Shown one piece after another: positions 27,501 through 40,831 of a stretch of 64,000 bases of DNA (the stretch's first letter is position 1; each line of letters begins with the position of its first letter). The stretch spans positions 24,110,111 through 24,174,110 of the forward strand of contig CM119267.1 in the NCBI GenBank assembly GCA_051294375.1, given 5' to 3'. Under the pieces are notes generated by a model. It was not told the DNA's origin, did not search any database, and was given only the letters and a program-made list of their open reading frames with translations. A program made the position numbers and the translations under genes. The stretch is from Paraspadella gotoi (Eukaryota; Animalia; Chaetognatha).

Positions 27501-30500
27501 AATTAATCGCAAGTTGAATAATCTGTTTATGACACAATGAAAAATGGCGTAACGTTACAGTTCCGTGCATAAAAAAAATTCACTGTTCAATATTATTATA
27601 TTTCTTTTTATTTTTTGAAACGTTATAGTTTCATATGTTGATGGGCAAGGGTTATGGTCAGACACAGTAATGTCCAGTAGTGTATATCGCACATATTACC
27701 AAAAGTAATAATCAATTAATTTGGCTTAGAAACAATTTTAAAGGGACAAAATCAGCACGTGACCATTTTGCCACGTTATTTTGTCATTGTGTCTTATGAA
27801 ATTGGNNNNNNNNNNAAACCAGCTCTGAGCCCATTAATCGCAAGTTGATGACACAATGAAAAATGGCGTAACGTTACAGTTCCGTGCATAAAAAAATTCA
27901 CTGTTCAATATTATTATATTTCTTTTTATTTTTTGAAACGTTATAGTTTCATATGTTGATGGGCATTGGGCAAGGGTTATGGTCAGACACAGTAATGTCC
28001 AGTAGTGTATATCGCACATATTACCAAAAGTAATAATCAATTAATTTGGCTTAGAAACAATTTTAAAGGGACAAAATCAGCACGTGACCATTTCGCCACG
28101 TTATTTTGTCATTGTCTTATGAAATTGGTACAACCAATATAAAAATTATCNNNNNNNNNNNNNNNNNNNNNNNNNTTTTCTTGCAGTTGAGATAATGAAA
28201 ATGATTATTTTTTTTCACAGACAAGAAGGTAGACGTCCAGACTGTTTATATCAAGCTGAAAATATTTTATTATTTATCATTTTTCATATTTAAAAAAACA
28301 TTTTATCAAGCTACTACAAATTTTTTGCTTGTTTTTTACTTTAATGAAAAATACAGCAAATTTATAAAGTAGAAAAAATTTAATGGTAATTAAAATGTAA
28401 TTCAGACTTTCCTCTTTTTAATTTCAAAAGAAAAACAAAAAATTTTACATCCTCATTGAATTTGTAATGCAAAAAACTGTTATACTTTTAACTCGTATTA
28501 AAATAAAAACTGTATAAATATTTATGGATAAAATTTAACAAAACTGTTCTAGAATGTGTCCCATGATTAAGGGCTTTAATTGATACCACACCCACCTTGC
28601 TAACTCTTTTTTTTCAAAGATATTCAAGAAAAATAACTTTTTTTATTACTTTTTTTGCATCTTGCAGTTTTTTAAACAACCAACTTTTGGCCTTAAAAAT
28701 GTCTAGTTGGATTGTTTTAAACTTTTTAAATTTGTCCAAGGATAATATTATATCAGTTCAAACAATTAAATAGCATATGATTTAAAAAAAAAGTTTTCGT
28801 CTGTTTCATACATAATTTTTAATATCAGTAATTTTGGATTTGTCAAAAGTAAGTAATATAGCAGTCGGTATACTAAAATAAAAAAAGTTATAAAATTATT
28901 TAATTGAGATGATACAACTGACCAGTAGCTAATTAAAAGCATCATGAACAATTAATTAATAATTATGTTTATTATGCTAAAAAAAATTCAAAGTTAAAAA
29001 TTTTTTCATATATTTAATTTTATAATTATTTATTTTCTATGTCAAAACTCATCATAATAAACTACTATATATGTATTTGAAGGCCTATATTAGGTAGGTA
29101 AGTCCCTTATAATATAAATTTTTCTTCAATCATTTGGCATAGTTATAATTTTTTTAATTTAAATTATTTGAAAAAAAATTAAAATAATATTTAATAAAGA
29201 AAATTAATTACAATAAACTATTAAAGAAGAATAATGGTTATGGACTCAAACGAAGAAATTGTTCATAGATTATGGATGATGCATGATATTTTCATTTTTA
29301 AAAAAATTTAAACATTTTAAATTTTTTTAATTCTACTTTATTGATTTTATATAGCTAATTTTAATATTAATTTATAAAAAAACGTCATTAGAAAAATTTT
29401 ATTACCTTTTTTGTGTAGCCCAAAGGTCCGAACGTATCCCGGGACATCTCATTCTTGTGCACTCCATGCCGAGTAATCGATGTAAAAAGGACCGTGTATG
29501 GTATTATACTTAAAAAATCCTAAACTTCAAAATGGACTTTTCTTAATTTTGATGGCAGATTTGATTCTTCGTCAAAAGCTGATAAAAGAAAATATAACTC
29601 ATTTAAAAAATTCTTTCATTAAGTAGGTTAAAATTAATAAAACTATATTAATATAGAAAAAATTAATTTTCAGTTTAAAATATAGGTTTTTCGAGTTTGA
29701 CCCACTTAAATTTTTTTAAAGTTAAAAGTTATATTTATATTAATAACTTTTTATGACGATTCAAATCTGCAAAAAAATCTGATAAAACCATTTTGAAATT
29801 TTAATATTTATAAGGTTGTACTATATATAAATATAGCCTAATGCGTAAATTGCCAAAAAATATAATAATTTTTTTATACATTAATAAACATTAGTACAAC
29901 GTTGTTCATTCTTCGCTTAACTGGCCATTGTGCTCGACCCTGTGGGAAGTGTGAGGACGGCCATAAGCCCCCTTGTATATACCATTGTATATCATTTGCT
30001 TTTTCAATAGTTTTAAATCTAGTGTTAACTGTGACATACTAATTAGTAGTCGTCTAGCAACAGTAAAATAGACCATTAAAATTGTTATGGAGCCGTACTT
30101 AAATACCACTGCAGCAGCTTTTTGACCATTTCTACCTATTCTACCTTAAGAAGATCTCATTATTTGTCCTTGTTTTCAATATTAATCTTGTATAAATATT
30201 AATTTATATCATGACTTCGGACCTTTCTACAGCAATCACAATATGCTGGAGAAAGTGTAATCCCGACTAAACCAGCTCTGAGCCAATTAATCGCAAGTTG
30301 ATAATCTGTTTATGACACAATGAAAAATGGCGTAACGTTACAGTTCCGTGCATAAAAAAATTCACTGTTCAATATTATATATTTCTTTTATTTTTTGAAA
30401 CGTTATAGTTTCATATGTTGATGGGCAAGGGTTATGGTCAGACACAGTAATGTCCAGTAGTGTATATCGCACCTATTACCAAAAGTAATAATCAATTAAT

Positions 30501-33500
30501 TTGGCTTAGAAACAATTTTAAAGGGACAAAATCAGCACGTGACCATTTTGCCACGTTATTTTGTCATTGTGTCTTATGAAATTGGTACAACCAATATAAA
30601 AATTATCCATTCATTTTAATAAATAAGCTATCTTGCCCCTGACTTTGGACAGGCCTTGGTGGTTTAAGGCCTCCATCACTCTTACAAGATAATGACATAG
30701 CAGGTCCTGCAAGCTTTCAATCAAGACTCTCTCACAGTCTCGTTTATTCACTCCCAGAGTACCTGGCTTCCCTATCAATGAAGTGGTATAATATTTCAAA
30801 GAATGTTTCAATTGTATGAAAAGACCACTCCTTAAGTATTAGATCGGGGAATACTTATTGTACTATTATGTTTTTATGAATAAAATATTACTAATGATTA
30901 TTCTACAGCAAGGTGTACTTACATTATAGTGTTTTTCTGACATATTACTATCTAATTCTGGCTATTTTATCTATTTTTATCATTTAATTATGGTCTATTG
31001 AAAAAAAGTCCACGAAACCTAAAAATTTAAGGATGACCGGAAGTCAAACTTTGGCGCTCTGATCCACCCTGTAGCAATTTTTTAAAATATCCTATTTGGG
31101 TGCAATTGATAGCCCTTGAGCAGGCAAACCATTGAATAATGATATTTCGGGTTTAAAAACACTTTGGCTGGAAAAACAAGTTTGAGCAAACAATGTCGGA
31201 TCAGCCAACGATAATTAAGCTGTAGTCAGCTAATCAGATAATAAATCCCGATAATTCTTTCAATTTGTGATCCTAACTGTTCATAACAGATCATACCATA
31301 CATAACCAGTGGCTGTGCCAATACATGTAAATCCTTGGAACTGTTACTATAGTAAAAATAATTACAAATAAAGTACAAATAATTTTTTAACTATTATTAT
31401 TTTTTCAACTTTCAACATATTTTTTTAACTTGCAACATTTTTTTTCACTTTGCACCATTTTTTAAACTTAAATCATATTTTTCAATTTGCATCATTTTTT
31501 CAACTGGCATCATTTTTTAAATTAACATAATTTTTTTGACTTGCATAATTTTTGTAAATTGCTTCTCGAATCCCATGTTGAAACAGTCAGAAATGGGAGA
31601 CGTTTGGATGCCGTCTCCGCTTGCGAGAGAATAAGTTGCAATTGACACAAACAAAATTACTAGAGGGCTCCCTAAACAAAAGAGCATTCAGTAAGACAAG
31701 ATAGCACTTTATTATGCAAGTTGAAAAAATTTTGAAAGTTTAAAAAATTATTAAGGTAAAAAGATTATGCAATTGAAAAAATGATGCAAGCAGAAAAAAA
31801 TTATGCAAGCTTTAAAAATAATATAAGTTAAAAAAAAAGTTAAGAGTTAAGTTTAAGCCTTAAAAGCGATTTACATGTATTGGCGCAGCCACTGGTTTTA
31901 ACATTTTTTAACATTTAACATTTTAACATTTTTTCAATTTGCATCATTTTTTTAACTTGCAAAATTTTTTTAACTGGCATCATTTTTTCAATTTGCATCA
32001 TTTTTTGGCCTTTTCAATCATCGATGCCCCCTTGCCGTATGACGGAGCAGCAAATCTCTCTCGCTCTCTTTGGGATCAGGATAAAGAAAAACTATGACAA
32101 TAATTTTAACAATGAATTAATTGTTTAGGGTTTCGGTTAGGGATCAGGTTAGTTTAGGGGATAGATATTAGGGATTAGGATTAGGGGTTAGGGATTAGGG
32201 TTGGGATTAGGGTGAGTGATTAGGGTCATTTTTCTCGATGCTACTTTTGCAACAATAAAATTTTTTAAATTTGCATCATTTTTTCAACTTGCATCATTTT
32301 TTAAACTTGGATCATTTTTAAAACTGGCATCATTTTTTCAACTGGCATCATTTTTTAACTTGTATCATTTTTAATTAATCATTAATTAATTATCATAATT
32401 GGATGGATAGACTGTGTGTATGTAAGAAAATGTATGATTGAGCAGATATAAAGATTTGATGGAATCGAGGTGTGAAAATAAGTTTACATAGAATAAACCA
32501 AAGTTAGGTTGACTTTAATTTTTATTATTTATGCTTACTCATAAATGTTTTAATTAATTAATGATTAATTAAAAATGATACAAGTTAAAAAATGATGCCA
32601 GTTGAAAAAATGATGCCAGTTTTAAAAATGATCCAAGTTTAAAAAATGATGCAAGTTGAAAAAATGATGCAAATTTAAAAATTTTATTGTTGCAAAAGTA
32701 GCATCGAGAAAAATGACCCTAATCACTCACCCTAATCCCAACCCTAATCCTAACCCCTAATCCTAATCCCTAATATCTATCCCCTAAACTAACCTGATCC
32801 CTAACCGAAACCCTAAACAATTAATTCATTGTTAAAATTATTGTCATAGTTTTTCTTTATCCTGATCCCAAAGAGAGCGAGAGAGATTTGCTGCTCCGTC
32901 ATACGGCAAGGGGGCATCGATGATTGAAAAGGCCAAAAAATGATGCAAATTGAAAAAATGATGCCAGTTAAAAAAATTTTGCAAGTTAAAAAAATGATGC
33001 AAATTGAAAAAATGTTAAAATGTTAAATGTTAAAAAATGTTAAAACCAGTGGCTGCGCCAATACATGTAAATCGCTTTTAAGGGCTTAAACTTAACTCTT
33101 AACTTTTTTTAACTTATATTATTTTAAAGCTTGCATAATTTTTTTCTGCTTGCATCATTTTTTCAACTTGCATAATTTTTTTACCTTAATAATTTTTTAA
33201 ACTTTCAAAAATTTTTCAACTTGCATAATAAAGTGCTATCTTGTCTTACTGAATGCTCTTTTGTTTAGGGAGCCCTCTAGTAATTTTGTTTGTGTCAATT
33301 GCAACTTATTCTCTCGCAAGCGAGACGGCATCCAAACGTCTCCCATTTCTGACTGTTTCAACATGGGATTCGAGAAGCAATTTACAAAAATTATGCAAGT
33401 CAAAAAAATTATGTTNNNNNNNNNNNNNNNNNNNNNNNNNTTAATTCGAGTAAATATGGGTTAAAATTAGTAAAAAGATTCAAGTAAATGTGACCTATGT

Positions 33501-36500
33501 TTTTTCCTTTTAAACCCATTTCCACTCGCACAATTGAATCGAAACTTTATATCCAGCTCAATCACACACTTTCCTAACCACACACCAATTTTCATTCTAA
33601 TCCATTCATCCCATTATGAGTAATTGAAGTTGGTGGGACGGTTAGACAGATGGACGGACATCGTTTTATCATAATGTTATGTTCTGAGATGATATAAGTT
33701 ACTTACCGACAAAATTTTGGAGGGGGACCGACGGACCGACAAAGTGGATTATAGAGTCGGAATCTGCTAATAAGCAGGTCCGACTAAAAAGAATCTAAAG
33801 AACAAATGAATAAACTGTGGACAACAACTTGAACACGCAACCTTGGTCAAACCATTGACCTTACTTTCAATCTTACCATCGATTGTTTGCTCTTCTCTTT
33901 ATGTGTCAAACTTTGACCTTGTGGAAGACAATGGCGCCAGTGACGCCGCCTCTGCAGGTGACGCCAACCGCCCTCACCCTCCCTCCAACGCCCCTGCAAG
34001 AAGATGAAACCCAAAGCTGACGACTTCCAACCCGACCACATTGAAGAGTGGCTGGACCATACCGCCGTTTAATTCGGCGCCACCGGCGTCACTGATCTGG
34101 CTGAGAAGAAGGCACAAATCCTCAGCGACATCCCCATCTCGCATCACACGCCTGATTCCACATGGTTTGCGCAACGACAAAGGTCCTGACTCCCACAAAA
34201 ATCTTGTCTCCCACTTAAAAAAATGTCTATGGTGAAGACGCCAACCGGCGCGCCGCAAAGGCTTCACCCCCTCTCAACACCTTTCTGCAATCAATGCTGT
34301 CCTTGAAGGCCTCACCATCGACCATATCAAGGCTGCCATCTTGGCAGCCACCCTCCCTCAGAGGGTCAAGGAACACGCCGTCGGGAAGGACAAGAAGTCC
34401 GTTGAAATTGCCAAAGACGCCGACGAGTTTTTCCTCCTATCCGGTCAAGCCTCAACCTCGGTGAACCATTGGAGATTCCAAACGAATTAGCAAATGACAC
34501 CGATGACGCCGCCATCTCTTACTCAAACGCAGTCCGCCGACGCTCAATGCAGCGCCCCTTTTTGCAGCAGTGTCCACCCAATGCAGCAGTGCATGCACCA
34601 ACAACGCCACACAATCTTGACGCCCCTCTCTCCGCCACACTGCGAACTGCCTATGGGCAAACTCAAGTTCTTCTACCACTACAATTTTGGCATCAATGCT
34701 TTCAAATGCTACTGAACTAATTAGGACGGCCGACCATGCCTGATGGCGCCGTCAAAAGCCATCGCCGGCGGCCTCTAGTCGCTCGCGTTGCTGGCCAAAA
34801 CGACTCAAAACTCTTCCTTGGGCGTGACCCTGACTCCGGCCTGGAATGGCTCATCGATGGCAAAGGTGGAGGTGCTGCGTGCAGTGGCCACGCCCACCAT
34901 CAAAGATTTCCAACGTTTTCTTGGTATTTTCAACTATTATCGCCACTTTGTTCCCCACACCGCCCATAAGTTTGATCCTCTTCTCAAAGTCCTTCGCGGA
35001 AAACCGCGCGCAAAAATGGGCGGCGCTACAAGACGCGCCCCTCTTGCTCTCCCTGTTGATGCCTCTGACGTCGCCATCATTTAGTCATTAAAACCCAACC
35101 AACACAAATGGCCACCATTTGACAAAGAGCTCCTCGCTGCCCATGCCTTGATCCACCATTTCCGCCTATATCTCGATGGACACCGGTGTCACCGCTTCAA
35201 TCTTCAGCAACCATATCTTGCTGGTACCGGCTGGTATCATATCGCCGGAAAATCAAATGTCGCCGATGCCCTCTCTCACCCGCCAGCAAAAACGACTCCC
35301 TCGCCGCCAGCTCCATCAACGTCGCCAACCCCCTGCGGATCAACCCGAGGCAATTCTAAACTCACAAAAAGCGCGTGACGATATCACCGCCACCATCAAC
35401 GCTGTCGGCACCCTTCAAGTCAATTTAAAGCAATGATGGCAGGTCACCGATGACAATATACGTCTCCTTAGCAACCTCACATAGCGCTCTGCCTCAAAAA
35501 TGATCCCATTGGCACGATGCTCGTCTGCGACACTTCCGGTTTGCGAGCACGCCCTCTCATCCCTGCATCATGGCGCCAACATGTTTTCAAAGCCATCCAT
35601 GAAATCGCTCATCCAGGAATTTGTGCATAAAAGAAACTCGTGACGAGGCGTTTTGTGTGGTTCCTGAGACGGTGGGAGAGGTCATGCAACACCTGCCAGT
35701 GTGCAAACACTTCATAAACTATCTAAGCGTTTTGCTCATGTGCACATTGTACTAGTGGGGCCACTGCCAGCTGTTTTCAGCCACACGCATCTCTTGACGA
35801 TGATCGACCGCTTTACGCGCTGGCCGGAATTGGCGCCACTTTGCAACACCTCCGCCGCTTCTCCAAAACTAGGTGTCCCAATTCGGCGTCCCCTCCGTCG
35901 TCACCGCCGATCGCGGCGCCAAGTGGCGTCGGTAGTCGGCTTCAACCCCCCCACGACAACCAATCCAATGGGATGTTCGAACTCCTTCAAACGCTGAGCG
36001 CAACTCCCGTGGACACTTTTGAGCCACTCCACGCAAAGATTCCGACGCCTCTCTGGCAGAGCTAACGCTGGACGAGATTCCCCAGCAAATAACTACAACA
36101 CGCAACCTCTGTCAAACCATTGACCTGACTTTCAACCTTACCCTCGATTGTTTGCTCTTCTCTTTATGGTCATATTTTGACCTTGTAAATACCATTGTTA
36201 TAGACTTAGCATCAGATTCTTTTGACTGTTACCCTGTGAGCCAGAACGGACGGCACTAATATTATATTTGTATTCGGATACATTCAATCTGATTGTTTTA
36301 TTAGTTAGAAAAGTCATTGACGTTTTATGTGTATCATTTTCAAGTTAATAACCGACTCTTTACTATTTAAAATTAGAAGTTTTATGAACCATATTGAAAT
36401 TAAAAAATCGTCAGTCTGAATCTTTCACTAAAAATTTTGCATGGCGATTGTAAACAATTTGGAATAAAGAGGGGAGAAAATTTAAATCAAAAATTGCAGG

Positions 36501-39500
36501 TACACAATGTGAATCAGAAGCACTAAAATCTAGGGATACAAGTTTTGCTGCCTTTGATCAAGCGATTTATGAACTCAGTTTTTACAAATCCAAGGAATCT
36601 TGGTTGCTGAAAAAACCTCAGATTTTGAAAATCTACCAGCGTATGGAAACTAGGTTCACCCAGGTTCACTAGAGACTACAAACTACAGATGTTGATGGAG
36701 CAGGGCTGACCAGTGGCTGAAAAATGTATCTTAGAGTGATGTGAAAATAATAAAATTTTAGAAAATTAAAATTTAGCATATAAAACATATAAACTAATAA
36801 AAATAATTGGTAAATTTATTTTTTAATTTTATATATTAGTAGGCACCTCGTGAATTTTAGAATTATGAGCCTACACTAAGTCAGTTTTGCATAAATCTGG
36901 TACTTTTTAAAAACGTCAAGGATTTTTCTATCAAATGATACCCCTGTCCGTTTCCGTCCATTACTCATTGGATAAATATTTTTTACATTTTCTTTCCCCA
37001 TTCTATATCAAAGTTCTGGACTTTTATTATATCTTAATTTCATGAGATTAATTTGATATTTTCTTATGTAAAAAACCTTTCTTTAATGGTCATCCAATTT
37101 CATCTTCAGTAAAAAACTGAATCTTTTAAAAAAAGAAAATCATTATAAATTAATTATTCATTAATTACTTAAAAATTATTAAAATTGATTTACACCATTA
37201 AATTAGGAATTATCTGGGAATCCTTACGATATAAAATAATTATTCAAGACAGTCAAGAACATGCTCAGGACAGCATTTTTTTCTAATTGTACGAATTGTA
37301 TAAAGAAAACCTAAGATTTACAATTAAAAAATCATTACTCAGAAATTACTCAACATTATGATAATTCAGATACGCCTTTGATTGGAAGATTAATACGGAT
37401 TTCTTATGATGTAAAATTTTTTTAAATTCAATCTAGAACACGCCTAAAATAGTATTTTTTCTTCAATTTTACTGTGTAAGATAAAAAATTAAACATAGAT
37501 TAGTAAATGAATTAAACACGAAATGAAATTAATACATAAAAAACTGCCAATAGTTCTCCAACTTATAATATATGTGGATAAGGCGCTAAGTGGGCTGAAG
37601 ATGACTATCCGTAAGTTCTATAACGCCCTCTAGCAGCCATGGAACGGGTCCTGGGCTTGGAACCAGGCTTGAGGGTTTTCCACGCCCTCAAGGAGGCTTA
37701 CGGCCGTCCTCACATTTCCGGCAGGGTAGGTACCTAGTGGTCATGAGCTAATGGCTTTACTCAATGAGCCACCGGGTCACGACTGAAGGTGTCATGCTTA
37801 GAGGTGGGGTGAACTTTGTTATGCCCGACTACATATACTTATGAATTATATTTATTAAATATTTAAAGTATAATACAAATTTTTTTTGGTGTCACTCGCG
37901 AACGGACAGGGGTATATAATAAGTTAACTTTCATTGAGTAGTTTCTCTGTAATAAATTTTTAGTTTGTGCCATCCGTTCTGGCTCATGGGGTATAGTTGA
38001 AGAATATAATCATTCTTACTCCGAAACTTGTTGCGTCCACAAAAAACGTTCATCAAACAGCAGACCACGAACTTTGCCACTCGCCACTTCGCCACTCGCC
38101 TCCGGGCGCCAGGAATTGCGATCCGTTGATCTCAAAATAAGATCCAGCGTCGAATTTCCAGGTGCAGTCGTTCTTTACCTCCTTGGCGCGTTCTGACATT
38201 TCTCTGTCAGCCAAGCGTCCCTTATTCTGTTTTGTGAGTGTGTGTGAGAGAGAGAGAGAGAAATTAATTATATTAAAAAAAGAAAAGAAAAGATAAAATA
38301 TTTATTTTTTACAACGAATTTTTATTATTGTTACAGACATGTTTCGGATATAAACAATAAAAAAAATTCGTTGTAAAAAATCAATCTTTTCTCTTATCTA
38401 AATTCAACTAACGAAACGAAAGGAAAATAACAATTAATAATAATAAAAAGAGATGATTGAAAAGAGCTTTTGATGCCTTGATTTTTCCTTCCTTCTCTCT
38501 TAGCGAAGCCTTAACAAGGAATCTCTCTCTCTCCCCCTCCTTCCCCCCTTTCCCATAACCCTTATCGTCTCCCTCTCTATCTCTCTCTCGCTCCCTTCCC
38601 TCCTCCCCCGCCACCTCCCCTCTTCCAATCCCTCGCCTTGTGCCGTTTATGGTGACGATGATGCCTAAAACGCTTCTTCCCCTGCATTTTCTGCCTCTTC
38701 GCCGGCAGTTGCTGCTGCTGCTGATCTTCTTCCTCCTCTTCCTCCTCTTCTCCTTCTTGCCCCTTTTTATCCTCGTCCTCTTCCCGTTTCAACTCCTTCC
38801 CCCACGCCTCCTCCTCCCTGAGCTGCGTCTCTTCCTCTTCCAAGCCTTCTTGCTCTTCCCTAACTTTCTCCTCTTCCTCCTCGAGTCTGTGCGAAGGCTT
38901 CGCCGATGCGGGCGCCGAAGCCTTGGCCGACGCCGGCGCCGAGCCCTTTGCAGAAGCCGGCGCCGAACCCTTTGAAGAAGCCGGCGGCGACCCCTTGACC
39001 GATCCCGGATGAGAAGCATTGCCCGATCCCGGATGAGAAGCATTGGCAGAATGTGACGCATTGGCCCCCACCGAACCGTTGGTCAGCAGCTTCTCCTCCT
39101 TTACGACGGCCTTCTCCAGCTTACTGACGCGCTTCTGCATCTTTTCAACGATCACAGTGATGTTCTTGACCCGCTGCTGGTCCCGCTCCAGCAGCAGCTT
39201 TCGACGCCGCAACCTCGCTTGCTCTTTGGGCGACTGGGTGTGGGAATAACCGTCCTGAGCGGGAGTCGGGTCCGTGTCTTGGGATTTCTGAGGGAGAGGG
39301 GGTGGTTTGTTCAGGGGTTTGGAAAGATGTTAGAGTGGTGACGGAGGAACTGAAAAATGAACAGTGAACATAAAACAAAAAAATGGGCCAGTAGAACTTT
39401 ATAAAATAATGCTGATAAAAAAATGGACAAAACGGCCCTCATATTTAATTCAAAACTTCTTGCGGCCTATTTCCTAAATATTTCCCAGTCGACTTTAAAG

Positions 39501-40831
39501 AAAATTAAATTCAAATTATTTTCACAACTTTCCCTAAATTTTTACGTAAATATACGTGAAACTGATGTAGGTAATGCCTCAAAAGGCCCTTCCGCAGCTT
39601 CTTTCTCGCCTGGATCGACTTCTCCAGCTGCTTGAGCTGCTTCTTCACCGTCTTCAACGATTTCTTAAGAGAACTGCTTTCTTCCTCCTGCCGCGCCTCC
39701 TGCTCCAGAATCTCCTGACGCTGCATGTCCTGCATTTTCTTGAGGAGAATGTGGCCGCCGTTATTGTGATGGCTCTCCGGCGGTGGCGTGGTCATGTTCT
39801 GCTCCCTGACGATGGCCTTCTGGAGCTTCTTGAGGCGACGCTTCATCTGCTTGAGGGTCGCGTTGAACTTCTCAGCCTTCGCCTTTGGATCTTCCGTCGG
39901 CTGCGCGTTTCCTTTAGCTGCCTTCGGATCAACCGCCTTCGCCGGTGGATTCACCGCCTTGCCCTTAGGAGCGTCAGCCTTTGCCTTTGCTTTTGAATCC
40001 GCCTCGTTTACTTTCAGATCCGCTTCATTTTTCTTTGGATCAGCCTCCTTTGCCTTTTTATCCGCCTCCTTTGCCTTTGAATCCGCCTCTTTTGCCTTTA
40101 TATCTGCCTCTTTTGCTTTTAATTCTGCGTCTTTTGCCTGAGAACCTGCTTCTTGCGCCTTTAGATTAAGTTCTTTAGCCTTAGAATCCGACCTTGTTTT
40201 CTGATCGCCCTCCTTTTTCTTGGTATACGGCTGCTTCGCTTTCTGCTCCTTTTCCTTCGCAAGGACTGAGAAATAAGGGATTGGGGCGTTTCAAATACGA
40301 TAATCCAATAATCCACGGGGAGTAAGGGGGAGTGTTAAGCGAATTAAAGACTTGACTACCATTTAATAATGCTTCGCATTTTCAATAGATACGACTGTTC
40401 GTATCCAACGGGTAGTGATATTTCATCACTACAGGTTCGACTTATTTCTCAAGTAATGAAGTAATCAAACGTATCACTTTTTTTGAAACAATTAGATTTT
40501 CCCCGAGTACCCACACTAAGTTTTTTCCCCTTAAGCTAGCAAGGTCATCTCTTGAAACCCTAAATTTACTTTTTTCAATCTTATTATTATAATATTATTA
40601 CTACATTAACCTCCTTTGCAACTGGTTGTTGTCTTCTCTTTGACTTTATAGATAAAAAGCGATGAGTTAGTCATAGTTGTAAGATTTTTGTTACTGCTCA
40701 ACGAAATTTTTCAACAAGACAACCGACCGCTTTCGGTCGTACACCGCAAATGTAGGATTTTTTTTAATAATCATTGACTCACCGTCCTGGAGCAGAAAGG
40801 ACAAAACCAAGATGATCGCGATTCGACGCAT
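18308..40831 (-). CDS. PXL3: large type I membrane pentraxin/LamG-like protein with long repetitive coiled-coil N-terminus and a 17.6-kb GC-AG intron
   Basis: 40831-40783 MRRIAIILVLSFLLQD; ~40266-39550 KAKEADx heptads + FNATLKQMKRRLKKLQKAI; ~39287-38615 coiled coil, SAPASAK repeats, RHHRHHKRHK; ~38227-38100 NDCTWKFDAGSYFEINGSQFLAPG; from 20518 KKLVYDGFFLHAKFFIP; GATLFAVYDD...PEFLIQIDPLHVYLMG; FPRNKTTDILICAR; GTLTHFAYWQNTDCP...PPDFQLPVDVMYGKGVVVPDGCGKM; TM IIYALIILFILIIVVGVAIAIYK (~18813-18885); tail ...RRNRNRN...INYTR...EEEDDELY*. Exon order matches paralog PXL4. Confidence 0.75.
21000..21160 (-). mobile_element. Diverged solo copy related to the terminal repeat of the Gypsy element
   Basis: gctaagtctataacaatggtatttacaaggtcaaa is the reverse complement of 36176-36210; ttgcgtgttg matches the caacacgcaa motif. 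Confidence 0.5.
21270..21930 (+). mobile_element. Helentron/DINE-1-like non-autonomous repeat (family R2)
   Basis: Colinear with 42220-43110; GTCY microsatellite; related pieces at 33480-33790 (minus), 51700-51770 and 52790-52900. Confidence 0.5.
22060..22290 (+). mobile_element. Repeat family R1 copy
   Basis: Near-identical to 30575-30840. Confidence 0.7.
26700..30610. repeat. ~1.1-kb direct duplication (26700-27805 and 29497-30610) plus a partial third copy at 27817-28150
   Basis: Near-identical text (e.g. ctggccattgtgctcgaccctgtgggaagtgtgaggacggcc) abutting N gaps. Confidence 0.9.
30575..30840 (+). mobile_element. Repeat family R1 copy
   Basis: atgaaattggtacaaccaatataaaaattatcc...gactttggacagg...aagctttcaatcaagact. 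Confidence 0.7.
31307..31894. mobile_element. MITE/foldback element with ~27-bp TIRs (CAGTGG start, hAT-like) and subterminal ~19-bp repeats
   Basis: cagtggctgtgccaatacatgtaaatc (31307) vs gatttacatgtattggcgcagccactg (31868-31894); ttgcatcattttttcaac units inverted between the halves; no clean TSD. Confidence 0.7.
31525..33415. repeat. Long inverted repeat: ~870-bp arms (31525-32390 and 32552-33415) with ~160-bp spacer
   Basis: Arms are near-perfect reverse complements; the right arm ends at an N gap. Confidence 0.9.
33480..33790 (-). mobile_element. Family R2 copy with terminal stem-loop
   Basis: agtcggaatctgctaataagcaggtccgact hairpin + A-run; mirror of agtcggatctgcatatcgcagattccgactct at 42222. 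Confidence 0.55.
33820..36190 (+). mobile_element. Decayed, internally deleted Ty3/Gypsy LTR retrotransposon
   Basis: ~100-bp direct repeats at 33820-33925 and 36085-36190; gag C-terminus FYHYNFGINAFKC; protease remnant WLIDG; RT thumb FQRFLGIFNYYRHFVP; RNase H VDASDVAI, FDKELLAA, HIAGKSNVADALS; integrase IHEIAHPG, VHIVLVGPLP, LTMIDRFTRWPE, QSNGMFE. Gypsy domain order; many stops and frameshifts. Confidence 0.9.

Noticed and set aside
26700-30610. Biologically meaningful tandem duplication or LTR pair
   Set aside because: Copies abut N gaps and differ mainly by 1-bp indels, with no coding or LTR hallmarks; probably assembly redundancy.
37600-37770. HDV-like or hammerhead ribozyme in a GC-rich repeat (agccat...gctaatggct; ctgaagatgact)
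   Set aside because: A P2/J4-2-like pairing is visible, but L3, P1 and the GAAA core could not be matched.
38577-40831. Separate secreted coiled-coil gene
   Set aside because: Followed by a domain-start exon at ~38227-38100 homologous to PXL4, so it is the 5' half of PXL3.
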